A stretch of 64,000 bases of DNA from Neorhizobium sp. UBA3556 (lineage in GTDB: Bacteria > Pseudomonadota > Alphaproteobacteria > Rhizobiales > Rhizobiaceae): NCBI GenBank assembly GCA_002376235.1, contig DFNX01000006.1, positions 235,020 to 299,019 on the forward strand, read 5' to 3'. This document shows positions 49,745-58,691 of the stretch, piece after piece. A program made the translations under genes and the position numbers. Numbering within the stretch: the stretch's first letter is position 1; each line of letters opens with the position of its first letter. Below the pieces are notes generated by a model. It had not been told where the DNA came from. It did no database searches and saw nothing but the letters and a program-made list of their open reading frames with translations.

Positions 49745-50311
49745 ATGAGCAAAACCCTGTTGCTGATTTTTCATCCCGACCTGTTCAAATCCAGGGCGAA
49801 TGCTGCACTCGCCCGTGCAGCGTTCGATCTGCCTGGCATTGAGGTGCGGGACATGCAGACCCTCTATCCGAACGGCCTGGATTTCTCGCGTGATGGCGCC
49901 GCTGAAGCCGAACGATTGCTGTCGGCTGACCGCGTCGTGCTGCAGTTCCCGGTGCAGTGGTATTCCACTCCACCATTGCTGAAAGCCTGGATGGACGCAG
50001 TTCTGACGCGGATGTTCTACATGGAATATGAAAGCGAGGGGCGCAGGTTTGAAGGCACACCGATCATGATTGCAGCGACTGCCGGAAACACCCCGGAAGC
50101 CTACACTCCGGGCGGGCGTAACATGTTCCCGATGATTGACCTGCTCTCGCCGCTTCGTGCCACGGCTCATCGCTGCGGGTTGATATGGAGCGCCCCTTTT
50201 GTCGTCTACAGAGCCGACAAGCTGTCATCGGAAGAGCTGGCCACCGCAGGGCGCGATTATGCAGCAGTTCTGTCCGACTGGATTGCTACGACTGAGAAGC
50301 GGGTGGCCTGA
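49745..50311 (+). CDS. Flavodoxin-fold NAD(P)H dehydrogenase (KefF/MdaB-like)
   Basis: HPDL..SRAN, QFPVQWYSTPPLLKAWMD; divergent from the LysR gene. Confidence 0.9.
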   Translation: MSKTLLLIFHPDLFKSRANAALARAAFDLPGIEVRDMQTLYPNGLDFSRDGAAEAERLLSADRVVLQFPVQWYSTPPLLKAWMDAVLTRMFYMEYESEGRRFEGTPIMIAATAGNTPEAYTPGGRNMFPMIDLLSPLRATAHRCGLIWSAPFVVYRADKLSSEELATAGRDYAAVLSDWIATTEKRVA

Positions 50312-50313
50312 TC

Positions 50314-50743
50314 ATGAAAATGCACGATACCTTTATTGATCTGACACGAGGCACACCTATGTGGTTCACACTGTCAGCAAGGGGGTAGCCTCTCGGGATC
50401 CCTGGCCAGTTTCTGAGCGCCGGAACCGCTCTTTTTTCAAAGTGGTGAAGCTTGGAGTTTCCATGCTGCTATCGGTGGATTGCTGCTTGTGCCTGCCGCT
50501 ATCCTGCTTGGCGGATCGCTTCTCGTTCCCCGGCTAGGGGGCTTTGGTTGGTGGGCCGGTTTGATTGTTGTCCTTTACCTTACTCAGGTATTGTTCGCGC
50601 CCGGATCGCAAGCATTATTGTTGTCACTTCATCCCCTAAACGGAGCACTCCTAATGTCGGCGAGATTGGTGCTGTTGGCGAAGGTTGAGCATCGGGACTC
50701 CCAGCACAATGGCAGCAAAAATAAAGTATTCTTGGCGGGATGA
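50314..50743 (+). pseudogene. Disrupted small membrane protein gene (DUF6220-like)
   Basis: ATG 50314, in-frame TAG at 50386-50388, then a frameshift before the hydrophobic ...HAAIGGLLLVP...YLTQVL...SLHPLNGALL segment. Confidence 0.65.
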
Positions 50744-50792
50744 CCGCTTCGGGCCGACTGCTGCCTTCCGCTTTGCGCCATTTGCGGTCATT
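50740..50792 (+). repeat. Module-boundary hairpin doublet (L+R)
   Basis: ATGACCGCTTCGGGCCGACTGCTGCC|TTCCGCTTTGCGCCATTTGCGGTCATT; outer ends ATGACCGC/GCGGTCAT are complementary. Confidence 0.85.
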
Positions 50793-50859
50793 GTGCCTTG
50801 TCAGAAATCTCCTATTCTCTTTTAGGCCGACCTTCCGATATCAGACTGAGGAGTAACCT

Positions 50860-52020
50860 TTGGCTGAGGTAGATACCGAATACGCTGATGTCGTCGAATG
50901 GCGACGTGATCTTCACGCACATCCTGAGCTTCAGTTCGAAGTCCACAGAACTGCCGGATTGGTGGCAACAAAACTCAGCGAATTCGGCTGTGATGAGGTT
51001 GTGACAGGTGTCGGCAAGACGGGTGTCGTGGGGGTAATACGTGGGCAGCGCCAAACCAGCGGAAAAGTCATTGGCTTGCGTGCTGATATGGATGCCTTGC
51101 CAATCGAGGAGGAGACCGGAGTCAAGTGGGCGTCGACCAACAAGGGGGTCATGCATGCCTGTGGACATGACGGACATACGGCAATGCTTTTGGGTGCCGT
51201 CCGTGCTCTTGCGCGAACACGCGCGTTTGACGGCACAGCGATAGTTATCTTCCAGCCAGCAGAGGAAGGTGGCGGTGGCGGCAAGGCAATGGTTGACGAT
51301 GGTCTGATGGATCGCTTCGAGATCAACGAAGTCTATGCCATGCATACAGAGCCGGGATTGCCAATTGGCCAATTCACTACTGCGAGTGGCCCTCTAGCAG
51401 CATCCGCAGACGGCTTTAGGATAAAGATCGACGGCAAGGGCGCACACGGAGCATCGCCGCATGTGAGCGTTGACCCACTGGTAGTGGGTGCAAATATTCT
51501 TCTGGCCCTCCAGACAATCGTATCGCGCAACGTCCACCCGCGCCAATGCGCGGTCGTCACCGTCGGCTGGATCGGTGGCGGCAAGGCCGGGAATATCATT
51601 CCCCAGTCTGCTGAAATGGGGGGAACGACAAGAGCCTTTGATCCGGCAACCCGCGACCTGATCGAGAAGCGTGTAACTGAAATCGCCTCGCATGTCGCGG
51701 AAGCCTACGGCGCAAAGGCTACGGTCACATACAAGCGGATGTTTCCACCAACGGTGAACCACTCGAATGAAACTGCTTTTGCAGTCAATGTGGCTAAATC
51801 GCTGGTCGGTGCAGAGAACGTGAATGGGGCCATGGAGCCGCTGATGGGATCAGAGGATTTTGCCTTCATGCTCGAAGCTCGCCCAGGCAACATTATGCTC
51901 ATCGGGAATGGAGATGGACCGTCTGTCCACGATGCACGCTTTGACTTCAACGACGAAGCGATTCCTTTTGGAGTGGCATATTTCAAGGCTCTCGTGGAGC
52001 AGCGTCTGCCGTTGGAATGA
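50860..52020 (+). CDS. M20 amidohydrolase (hippurate hydrolase-like)
   Basis: RRDLHAHPEL, RADMDALP, MHACGHDGH, FQPAEE, GSEDF. Confidence 0.95.
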   Translation: MAEVDTEYADVVEWRRDLHAHPELQFEVHRTAGLVATKLSEFGCDEVVTGVGKTGVVGVIRGQRQTSGKVIGLRADMDALPIEEETGVKWASTNKGVMHACGHDGHTAMLLGAVRALARTRAFDGTAIVIFQPAEEGGGGGKAMVDDGLMDRFEINEVYAMHTEPGLPIGQFTTASGPLAASADGFRIKIDGKGAHGASPHVSVDPLVVGANILLALQTIVSRNVHPRQCAVVTVGWIGGGKAGNIIPQSAEMGGTTRAFDPATRDLIEKRVTEIASHVAEAYGAKATVTYKRMFPPTVNHSNETAFAVNVAKSLVGAENVNGAMEPLMGSEDFAFMLEARPGNIMLIGNGDGPSVHDARFDFNDEAIPFGVAYFKALVEQRLPLE

Positions 52021-52069
52021 CCGCTTCGGGCCGTTAGCTGCCTTCCGCTTCGCGCGAGAAGCTGACGTT
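52016..52069 (+). repeat. Module-boundary hairpin doublet (L+R)
   Basis: AATGACCGCTTCGGGCCGTTAGCTGCC|TTCCGCTTCGCGCGAGAAGCTGACGTT; contains the amidohydrolase stop codon. Confidence 0.85.
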
Positions 52070-52129
52070 GACATGTAGCCCGATATAAAGTCGTGATCTG
52101 TCAGAATACCTATCAAGCTGAGGCTGAAG

Positions 52130-52972
52130 ATGGTCGCCTACGACGTTGAGAAACTGGAGGGCAGGGTTAAAGGCACTTTCCTGAAGGGTAATAATTTTAG
52201 CAAGACGGGAGTGCTCGTCCTCGGCGGCTCCAGCGGCAGAGTCGACACGGTGAGAGCGGGGTTGTTTGCAAACTTTGGGGCGCACGCACTGGCGTTACAA
52301 TGGTTTGGAGGATCCGATCAATCGCCAGGAATATGCGAAGTGCCCCTCGAAACTTTCATAGATGCAACAGACCTTTTGGTGTCGAGAGGGTGTGATCGAA
52401 TAATTTTTATTGGAACCTCGAAAGGTGCGGAAGCGGCCCTCCTTACATCTACCATTGACCGGCGCATTAGCGCCGTCATCGCAATTAGCCCAAGTTCTGT
52501 GGTTTGGGGCAACATTGGCGCTGGCGTAGATCGTCAGGCTTGGCCCGAACGATCATCTTGGTCGTTGAATAGCGCCCCCTTGGATTTCATTCCCGCAGAT
52601 ATGAATTGGCAGAAAGAATATCGGGATGGCCTCGTTTCCTATCGGTCCTTTTTCGAAAAGTGCCTTCTCAACGATTCCGAAGCAAATAAACGAGCTAGAA
52701 TCCCAATCGAAAAATCTACGGCCGACATAATCCTCGTCGCTGGAGGCGACGATGCCCTCTGGCCATCCGACGATTTTGCTCGGGAGCTAGTTCAATCAAG
52801 GCAGGCTCATGGCAGATCGGCAAAACTGATCTTTGATCAACGCGCTGGGCATCGCATTCTTCTCCCCGGCGAGACGACAGCGCGATCAACGCTGCACTCA
52901 CACGGCGGCACCGATGAGGCAGATGCAATGCTCGGGCAGAAGGCATGGCAAGCGATAGCATCGATGCTTTAA
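52130..52972 (+). CDS. Acyl-CoA thioester hydrolase / BAAT C-terminal domain protein
   Basis: LGGSSG, GTSKGAE nucleophile, GGDDALWPS, AGH. Confidence 0.88.
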   Translation: MVAYDVEKLEGRVKGTFLKGNNFSKTGVLVLGGSSGRVDTVRAGLFANFGAHALALQWFGGSDQSPGICEVPLETFIDATDLLVSRGCDRIIFIGTSKGAEAALLTSTIDRRISAVIAISPSSVVWGNIGAGVDRQAWPERSSWSLNSAPLDFIPADMNWQKEYRDGLVSYRSFFEKCLLNDSEANKRARIPIEKSTADIILVAGGDDALWPSDDFARELVQSRQAHGRSAKLIFDQRAGHRILLPGETTARSTLHSHGGTDEADAMLGQKAWQAIASML

Positions 52973-52974
52973 GT

Positions 52975-53000
52975 TTGTCCACTTCGGGCCGATAGCCGCC
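52975..53000 (+). repeat. Module-boundary hairpin repeat, L type
   Basis: TTGTCCACTTCGGGCCGATAGCCGCC, 2 nt after the stop codon. Confidence 0.7.
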
Positions 53001-53182
53001 ATGCCGCAGAAACGCGATCGCGTACCCAGCGTCGCAGACAAAATCGGACCACGCCATGGGCCATAGTTGCATTAGAGCAGCATTGCTCCGCCTGACGAGA
53101 AGCGATATCTGCGGAGTACAGGGGTCCGCATCAATCCAAGCAAACTGGACGCAAGGCCCGCAGCACTCAAAGTGATGGACCG

Positions 53183-53539
53183 ATGGCCCGCAAGAACAGA
53201 GATGAACTGGCTTCATGGGACGTGGCTGAGCCGGAGCCCGTAATCTGCCCGATGTGCGAGCGCGTTATCCCGGAGGATCAGCAGGACGAGCATCATCTTG
53301 TCCCGAAGAGCAAGGGGGGCAAGAAAACCGTTTGCCTGCACCGTATCTGTCACGACCAGATACATACGATTTTCACGGATGCCCAGCTCGCCAAGAAGTT
53401 CTCGACGATCGAGGCCATCCTTGAAGACCCTGCGGTGCAAACATTCGTTTCCTGGGTAAAAAACAAACCGCCAGGTTTTTCGGATTCGGCTAAGGAATCA
53501 CGGCAGTCGGCGGGGCGGGGCAGAGGTCGCAAGCCGTAA
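53183..53539 (+). CDS. Small HNH endonuclease-family protein
   Basis: CPMCER...EHHLVPKSKGG...LHRICHDQIH. Confidence 0.85.
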   Translation: MARKNRDELASWDVAEPEPVICPMCERVIPEDQQDEHHLVPKSKGGKKTVCLHRICHDQIHTIFTDAQLAKKFSTIEAILEDPAVQTFVSWVKNKPPGFSDSAKESRQSAGRGRGRKP

Positions 53540-53547
53540 CGGGAAAC

Positions 53548-53575
53548 CGGCTGCTTAGCGCGAATTGCGGTCACT
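53548..53575 (+). repeat. Module-boundary hairpin repeat, R type
   Basis: CGGCTGCTTAGCGCGAATTGCGGTCACT, close match to 47286-47313. Confidence 0.75.
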
Positions 53576-53625
53576 GGAGCGTAACATCCTTACCTTAGAG
53601 CGCGGTTCTGACATCAGGAGGTCCG

Positions 53626-54171
53626 ATGGCACACGTCATTTTTCTGCATGGTGCGTCGAGCAGCGGGAAGTCTACCATCGCGAGAGCGCTGCAAAAGCGC
53701 ATCGAGAAACCATTCTGGCATATATCGATTGATCATCTGCGCGACGCTGGAGTGCTTCCGACCGAACGCTTCAGGAACGGCGATTTTCGCTGGTCTGGTG
53801 CACGTATGGCCTTTTTCAATGGTTTTCATGGGTCGCTTCGGGCCTACGCGGATGCGGGTAACAATCTAATTCTTGAGCACATCCTTGATACCGAGGGTTG
53901 GTTGGAAACACTTGTTGATCTCCTAGCGGAGCACGATGTCATGTTCGTTGCTGTGCATTGCCCACTCGAAACTTTAATCGAGCGTGAGACGGCGCGGGGC
54001 GACAGACCCATAGGAAGTTCCAGGCAGGACTTCGAGACAATACATGTTGAGAAAACGTACGACATCGAATTGCAATCAGACGACGGCGTCGATGCCAATG
54101 TGGAGAAGCTACTCGTCGCATGGAGGAATGGTCGCCGCTCGTCTAATTTCGCAAAGCCGATGTCTGCTTAG
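53626..54171 (+). CDS. Chloramphenicol phosphotransferase-like P-loop kinase
   Basis: IFLHGASSSGKST, VHCPLETLIERETARGDR, YDIEL; AGGAGG RBS. Confidence 0.85.
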   Translation: MAHVIFLHGASSSGKSTIARALQKRIEKPFWHISIDHLRDAGVLPTERFRNGDFRWSGARMAFFNGFHGSLRAYADAGNNLILEHILDTEGWLETLVDLLAEHDVMFVAVHCPLETLIERETARGDRPIGSSRQDFETIHVEKTYDIELQSDDGVDANVEKLLVAWRNGRRSSNFAKPMSA

Positions 54172-54186
54172 GGCGGAAGCCCGACG
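54160..54186 (+). repeat. Module-boundary hairpin repeat, degenerate L type (array end)
   Basis: ATGTCTGCTTAGGGCGGAAGCCCGACG; contains the kinase stop codon. Confidence 0.55.
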
Positions 54187-54259
54187 ATCGATCAAATTCT
54201 TTCTGCCGAAGAGGGTAGCTAAAGGATCTTGCTTACCCCCGCTGATTAGAATAGCGCCG

Positions 54260-55672
54260 TCAGGCGCTGCGACGGGTGATTGACGCGGTGGGCGCTGTGT
54301 CGGTTGCCGGTGCGGGCGGGATCCGGCTTGCGAGGATCGTGCTGCCGCGGGCTGAGGCCTTAGCGTGGTAGAGTGCCGCGTCGGCGGCGCCGATGGCGGT
54401 GTCGCAAGAGATTTCGCCCTTCTCCACGCGCTTGATGCCGAAGGATGCGCCGATCGTGACGATGCCTTTCGTGAGGCTGACCGGTTCTGCCAGTGATAGG
54501 GAAAGCCGGTGGCAGATCTCCTCCGCCTGGCTTTCCGAAACCGTCGGCATGAGGATGGTAAACTCATCGCCCCCAAGACGAAACAGGCGGTCGACACTGC
54601 GTGTGCCGGCGCGAAGTCGCATGGCAACAGCCTTGAGCAACTCGTCGCCCGCTGCATGCCCATGGGTATCGTTGACCTGTTTGAAACCGTCGAGGTCGAG
54701 GCAGATGACGGCAACCGGGCCGTTTTCGCTCAGTTTCCGAAACTCCTGTTCGAGCCTTGCGCGGTTGGGCAGGCCGGTGAGGAAGTCGTGGGTTGCGGCA
54801 TGGCGCATCTGCTTTTCGCGGGCGACCAGAAGGCGGGCGGCATTGCGCGATATGCGAATGGTGAAAATGCCGGTGACGAGCAGCGGCAGCGAGCGATAGA
54901 GGAGATCTGCTGCGGGGCTCGGAGGCCGCCAGGAGAGAACCTGCGCTTCTCCGCCCGGATCGACGGCGATCTCCACATGCGCCCTGTCCGGCAGGACATC
55001 CGTTTGCGGGGCGATCCGCGCATCATCGAGCAGGAAGCGGGTGCCGAAAAACTCCTGGATCGTGCCGGTGATCGGCATCGCGGTGATCAGGATCGGGGCG
55101 CGCTCGCCTTTCGGTTTTGCGGTGCCGAAATCCGGCTGGAACAGTGAAGCCGTCATCAGCACGGCATCATCTCCCAGAACTTCGATGCGGCTGATGCTGA
55201 CAGGCTTCGGAATGCCTTCGATCATGCGCCCGGTTTCTCTGGCGCGAACATTTGCCACCAGAGCCGCTGCGTCCTCTATAACGGTAGGAATGCCGCGGGT
55301 GAAAAATCCGCGATCCTTCACGCTATCGTCGGTGCGCGAATAAATCAGCCCGTCGTCGTGATCGACGAGGGCGACGAACCGTGTGCGGGATGTTCCGATC
55401 AGCGATGCGCCGATATTGCGGTCTGTCCATTCGAAATCGAAGCTGTTGTCGATCTTGGCGACGGATTCATCCCATATCGTCCATGCAGTGAGCGAGAATT
55501 CGATGTCGCTGATCCACAGATCGATATTGTGCTTGACCAATGTCTCCTGCCGCTGGCGCAGGTCCGCATCGATCTGGGCGATGCCGATATAGGGGATGGT
55601 CGCCATGCCGGCGATCAAGACCGCAACCGCGATGATGGCCGGACCGACGAGCCTGAAATGGATGAAGCGCAT
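54260..55672 (-). CDS. Membrane-anchored diguanylate cyclase (CHASE4-like sensor + GGDEF)
   Basis: N-terminal TM, WTIWDE, HDFLTGLPNR, DLDGFKQVND, RLGGDEF. Confidence 0.92.
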   Translation of the reverse strand: MRFIHFRLVGPAIIAVAVLIAGMATIPYIGIAQIDADLRQRQETLVKHNIDLWISDIEFSLTAWTIWDESVAKIDNSFDFEWTDRNIGASLIGTSRTRFVALVDHDDGLIYSRTDDSVKDRGFFTRGIPTVIEDAAALVANVRARETGRMIEGIPKPVSISRIEVLGDDAVLMTASLFQPDFGTAKPKGERAPILITAMPITGTIQEFFGTRFLLDDARIAPQTDVLPDRAHVEIAVDPGGEAQVLSWRPPSPAADLLYRSLPLLVTGIFTIRISRNAARLLVAREKQMRHAATHDFLTGLPNRARLEQEFRKLSENGPVAVICLDLDGFKQVNDTHGHAAGDELLKAVAMRLRAGTRSVDRLFRLGGDEFTILMPTVSESQAEEICHRLSLSLAEPVSLTKGIVTIGASFGIKRVEKGEISCDTAIGAADAALYHAKASARGSTILASRIPPAPATDTAPTASITRRSA

Positions 55673-55914
55673 GAGGGTGGGAACGCTCTTGAAATTTGGC
55701 CTATGTCAATAAGGGCGACTATCGGACGCAAGTTCTTAACAATGGTCTTATCGCCGGCCACGTAGTTAAGATAATCATCGAATATTTTATTAGTACGTTT
55801 CGCGGGCTGCGGCGACCGGCGGAGCAAGTCAAAATCTCTTGCGTTTAACGCAAGATTATAGATCGGGACGGTACGGCTTGTTCCGGGACATTAAGCCGTT
55901 ACTGGAGCGAATTC

Positions 55915-56610
55915 ATGAATAAGTGCAACAAGCTCGCGTTTGCGGGAGCTTTGTTTTCCCTCGTCGCATGCCAACCAGCCCTTGCCGATGCGACGGCTCG
56001 CTACGGCGAATTGCAGGGCGTTGTCGATGCGATCAACGACCCCGATCCGCTGATGCGTCTGGCACAGTTGGAAGAGATCCTGAAAAAGGGGGACGCCACC
56101 GAAGTACAGTTGGCCATCCGGACGGCTTTTTCCGTCGAGGATCCCAATGTCCGCTCGCTGGCCCTGCGCTCGCACTTTGCCGGCTTTCGCACATTCGTCG
56201 TGACCGCGGAACTGCCGGAAGAGGTGAAGGCGGTTCTGGACGGGAACGATAAGAAGGCGGCGGATGCTATTCGCTCAAGCTATCAGCTTCGCTTCTTCAA
56301 GGAGATCGGCTTTCAGTTTAGCTTTCAGTCGGAATATCCGTCCAGCAGCGAACTCGAATTTAAGACGAAGTTCCTGAACAATAGAGTTCCGCAAACGGAA
56401 TTCCTAGGGTCTGGAAATATCCGTGGCGGCATGATCACGATCGCTACGCCAATCTACTTTGGCAATAGCAATAAAGCCTGCAGTTTCGAGTTCACCCGGT
56501 ATGAAGGGTTTACGCTGAAGGGGATGGGAAGCTGTAACCTTGATGACGGTTTTCTATTTCCCGTCACACTTCATCTGTTCGACAACGACAAGCCGTCGCT
56601 CGGGAAGTAG
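55915..56610 (+). CDS. Hypothetical exported protein
   Basis: GGAG RBS, signal-peptide-like N-terminus, 231 aa; no family recognised. Confidence 0.7.
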   Translation: MNKCNKLAFAGALFSLVACQPALADATARYGELQGVVDAINDPDPLMRLAQLEEILKKGDATEVQLAIRTAFSVEDPNVRSLALRSHFAGFRTFVVTAELPEEVKAVLDGNDKKAADAIRSSYQLRFFKEIGFQFSFQSEYPSSSELEFKTKFLNNRVPQTEFLGSGNIRGGMITIATPIYFGNSNKACSFEFTRYEGFTLKGMGSCNLDDGFLFPVTLHLFDNDKPSLGK

Positions 56611-56628
56611 GTCCCGAGCGTAGCTCTC

Positions 56629-57687
56629 TCAACCTTCGATCAGTTCCAGCTTTTCCACCACATAGGTTGAGCCCGGCAGACCTGTCAGGCTCAGCCTCAG
56701 TCGTGAGGCACGGCGCGGCGACATGATGCAGGTCGTCTCGTCGCCAAGCTGGCAGCGCGCACCCGGCACGAATCCCTGCCCGTCATTGTCCGCTTCGACG
56801 ATGATGGCGCCCTGACCGGCCAGGCCTTTGCCCGTGAGGCGGATGCTTCTGATCGTCGATACCTTGTCCAGTTCCAGCACAAACGACACGCGGCCATTGT
56901 CGGGCGTCACGTGCAAGGGAGAGGAGCCGGCCAAAAAGCTGCCGATGCTGGTATCCTTGCGACCTATGCGGCCCTTCGTCAGAACGAGGCTGTCATAGGG
57001 ACGGCCCTCATCCATGCGGTCGGACGCTTCCGGCGCGGGAGCGGTGGTCCTGGCGAGTTCGGCGGCAATGATGTCGTAGCGAAGCGCCACCCCCATACCC
57101 TCGTCAGGATCGACCTCGAACAGCATGGCGATCGGCCTGCCATTGTGCATGATGGTGCCGCCGCTCATGCCCTTCTGGAACGAGGCGGATGCATCGGTCG
57201 GTGACAAGGCGATGATCTTGCCGCCCTGTTCATCCCGCGACAAAGCGCGGAAGGCGACTGTCAGCGATTGTCTTTCAGTCGGCGTGGTGATCTCCAGCGT
57301 TGCCTGCTTGATGCTGTCGATGATCGGCTGAAGCGGCGTGGCGCGCAGTCGGTCCCTGCTGCAGCCCTCCTTGGCAATGGCGCCGCGGACCGTCAAAAAG
57401 GCGAGGTCCAGCGCTTCATCTACCGCAATGACGGGTGATCCCGTTGCATGAAGCCTGCCGAAACTGTCCAGCAGATCCGGCGACGACAGCGAGCCATCGG
57501 CGCGTTCCACCACATGTCTCGGTGTCGCGATGCGGCATTTGCCGGCTGCATCGAGGAAGAGCCAGCCCTGACCGAACGTGTCGTCGCCCCGCGCGAGCAG
57601 CACCGTTTCGGCGCTTGCCGGCCCGCATGCCAGGTTCCCGAGTGTCAGGAAGGCGACGGAGGCGATGGTGGCGAGTTTCGTTCTCAT
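56629..57687 (-). CDS. Exported trypsin-like serine protease with C-terminal beta domain
   Basis: Real start MRTKLAT at 57687; signal peptide; triad-like motifs TPRHVV, DLAFL, KGMSGG. Confidence 0.7.
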   Translation of the reverse strand: MRTKLATIASVAFLTLGNLACGPASAETVLLARGDDTFGQGWLFLDAAGKCRIATPRHVVERADGSLSSPDLLDSFGRLHATGSPVIAVDEALDLAFLTVRGAIAKEGCSRDRLRATPLQPIIDSIKQATLEITTPTERQSLTVAFRALSRDEQGGKIIALSPTDASASFQKGMSGGTIMHNGRPIAMLFEVDPDEGMGVALRYDIIAAELARTTAPAPEASDRMDEGRPYDSLVLTKGRIGRKDTSIGSFLAGSSPLHVTPDNGRVSFVLELDKVSTIRSIRLTGKGLAGQGAIIVEADNDGQGFVPGARCQLGDETTCIMSPRRASRLRLSLTGLPGSTYVVEKLELIEG

Positions 57688-58691
57688 GGGGTCACGGCCT
57701 TGTTGGCTGGAAGTGGCGGGTCGCCGGCCGAAGGCTTCGCGGATCCATCCTCGACGTTCACGTCGTCGGAACGCGAATGCACCAGATTGATCGCATCCAT
57801 GAGGGCCGGCCAGAGAAGAAACGCGAGGGCGAAGAAGAGCTGGATCTTGAGGAAGATCGGATCGTTGATCACCTGGACGAACAGGCTGAGGTCGATGCGG
57901 CTGCTGTCGGCACGGGCCCCGGGAGGGGTGATGCTCAGTTGTGGCGATTCCGTGGAGACCGAGACGGACAATCCCGGTTCCTCCGACAGTTCGACAAAGC
58001 CGAACATGGCGGCCTCGGAATTCGGCAGGCTGGAGCCGCCATTTCCGGCAGGCATGCCGTCGGTCTGGATCAGACTGCCGGCCGGGATCGCCATGTCTTC
58101 GATCGCCGCATATATGGCGCCGCCCTTGCCCCAGAAAGGAAAGGCAACGGTTCGGCCGAAGACATCCAGCGTGCCGCTGAGAAGCGCCGGAGACGGCCCG
58201 TCGCTGCGCATCGAAAAAGCGGACCCGATCCGACCGGGCCCCCAGACAGGCAGCCGGTTGGCCAGAAGCGGGGATTTGCACTTGTCGGCGTCGGCGACAA
58301 GCATGAGCTCGCCATCGAAAGGCAGAATGTCGCCGCTTAGCCTCCGAAGCTTGCCTTCGCCCTCAATGGTGGCCAGCAGTGGTCCCTTGGCGCTACGCTG
58401 GTAGGTGACCCTTGCGCCGACGCCGGGCAGAAAGGCGCCGTTGACACATTCGTTATCCAGTTCTCCATCCGGCCAGCTGAATATCCGAAAGCCCTGCGCG
58501 TAGAGGATGGCGAGATCCGGGTTGAAGACGGTAAACGACACGAATTCGCTGCGAGCCTCGATCGATGTCAGGGTCCGAGGCTTGCCGGAGACGAGATGCA
58601 GCGCGAAGGTGACCAGAAACGCCAGTCCCAACGCAAGGCCGATCGAAGTGCCGAGCCGCAGCCAGGCGAGCTGCTTCAGGCTATTCCACAT
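57684..58691 (-). CDS. Hypothetical membrane protein (two TM helices flanking a periplasmic domain)
   Basis: Hydrophobic segments near both ends; overlaps both neighbours. Confidence 0.7.
   Translation of the reverse strand: MWNSLKQLAWLRLGTSIGLALGLAFLVTFALHLVSGKPRTLTSIEARSEFVSFTVFNPDLAILYAQGFRIFSWPDGELDNECVNGAFLPGVGARVTYQRSAKGPLLATIEGEGKLRRLSGDILPFDGELMLVADADKCKSPLLANRLPVWGPGRIGSAFSMRSDGPSPALLSGTLDVFGRTVAFPFWGKGGAIYAAIEDMAIPAGSLIQTDGMPAGNGGSSLPNSEAAMFGFVELSEEPGLSVSVSTESPQLSITPPGARADSSRIDLSLFVQVINDPIFLKIQLFFALAFLLWPALMDAINLVHSRSDDVNVEDGSAKPSAGDPPLPANKAVTP

Noticed and set aside
47286..54186. CRISPR array or classical integron attC array
   Set aside because: The repeats are degenerate and separated by whole genes rather than 30-40 nt spacers. 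There are no cas genes, no RYYYAAC/GTTRRRY cores and no intI in the window.
54840..54905. Possible deletion in the second TM helix of the diguanylate cyclase
   Set aside because: The hydrophobic stretch looks short, but this cannot be judged without an ortholog alignment; the frame and GGDEF motif are intact.
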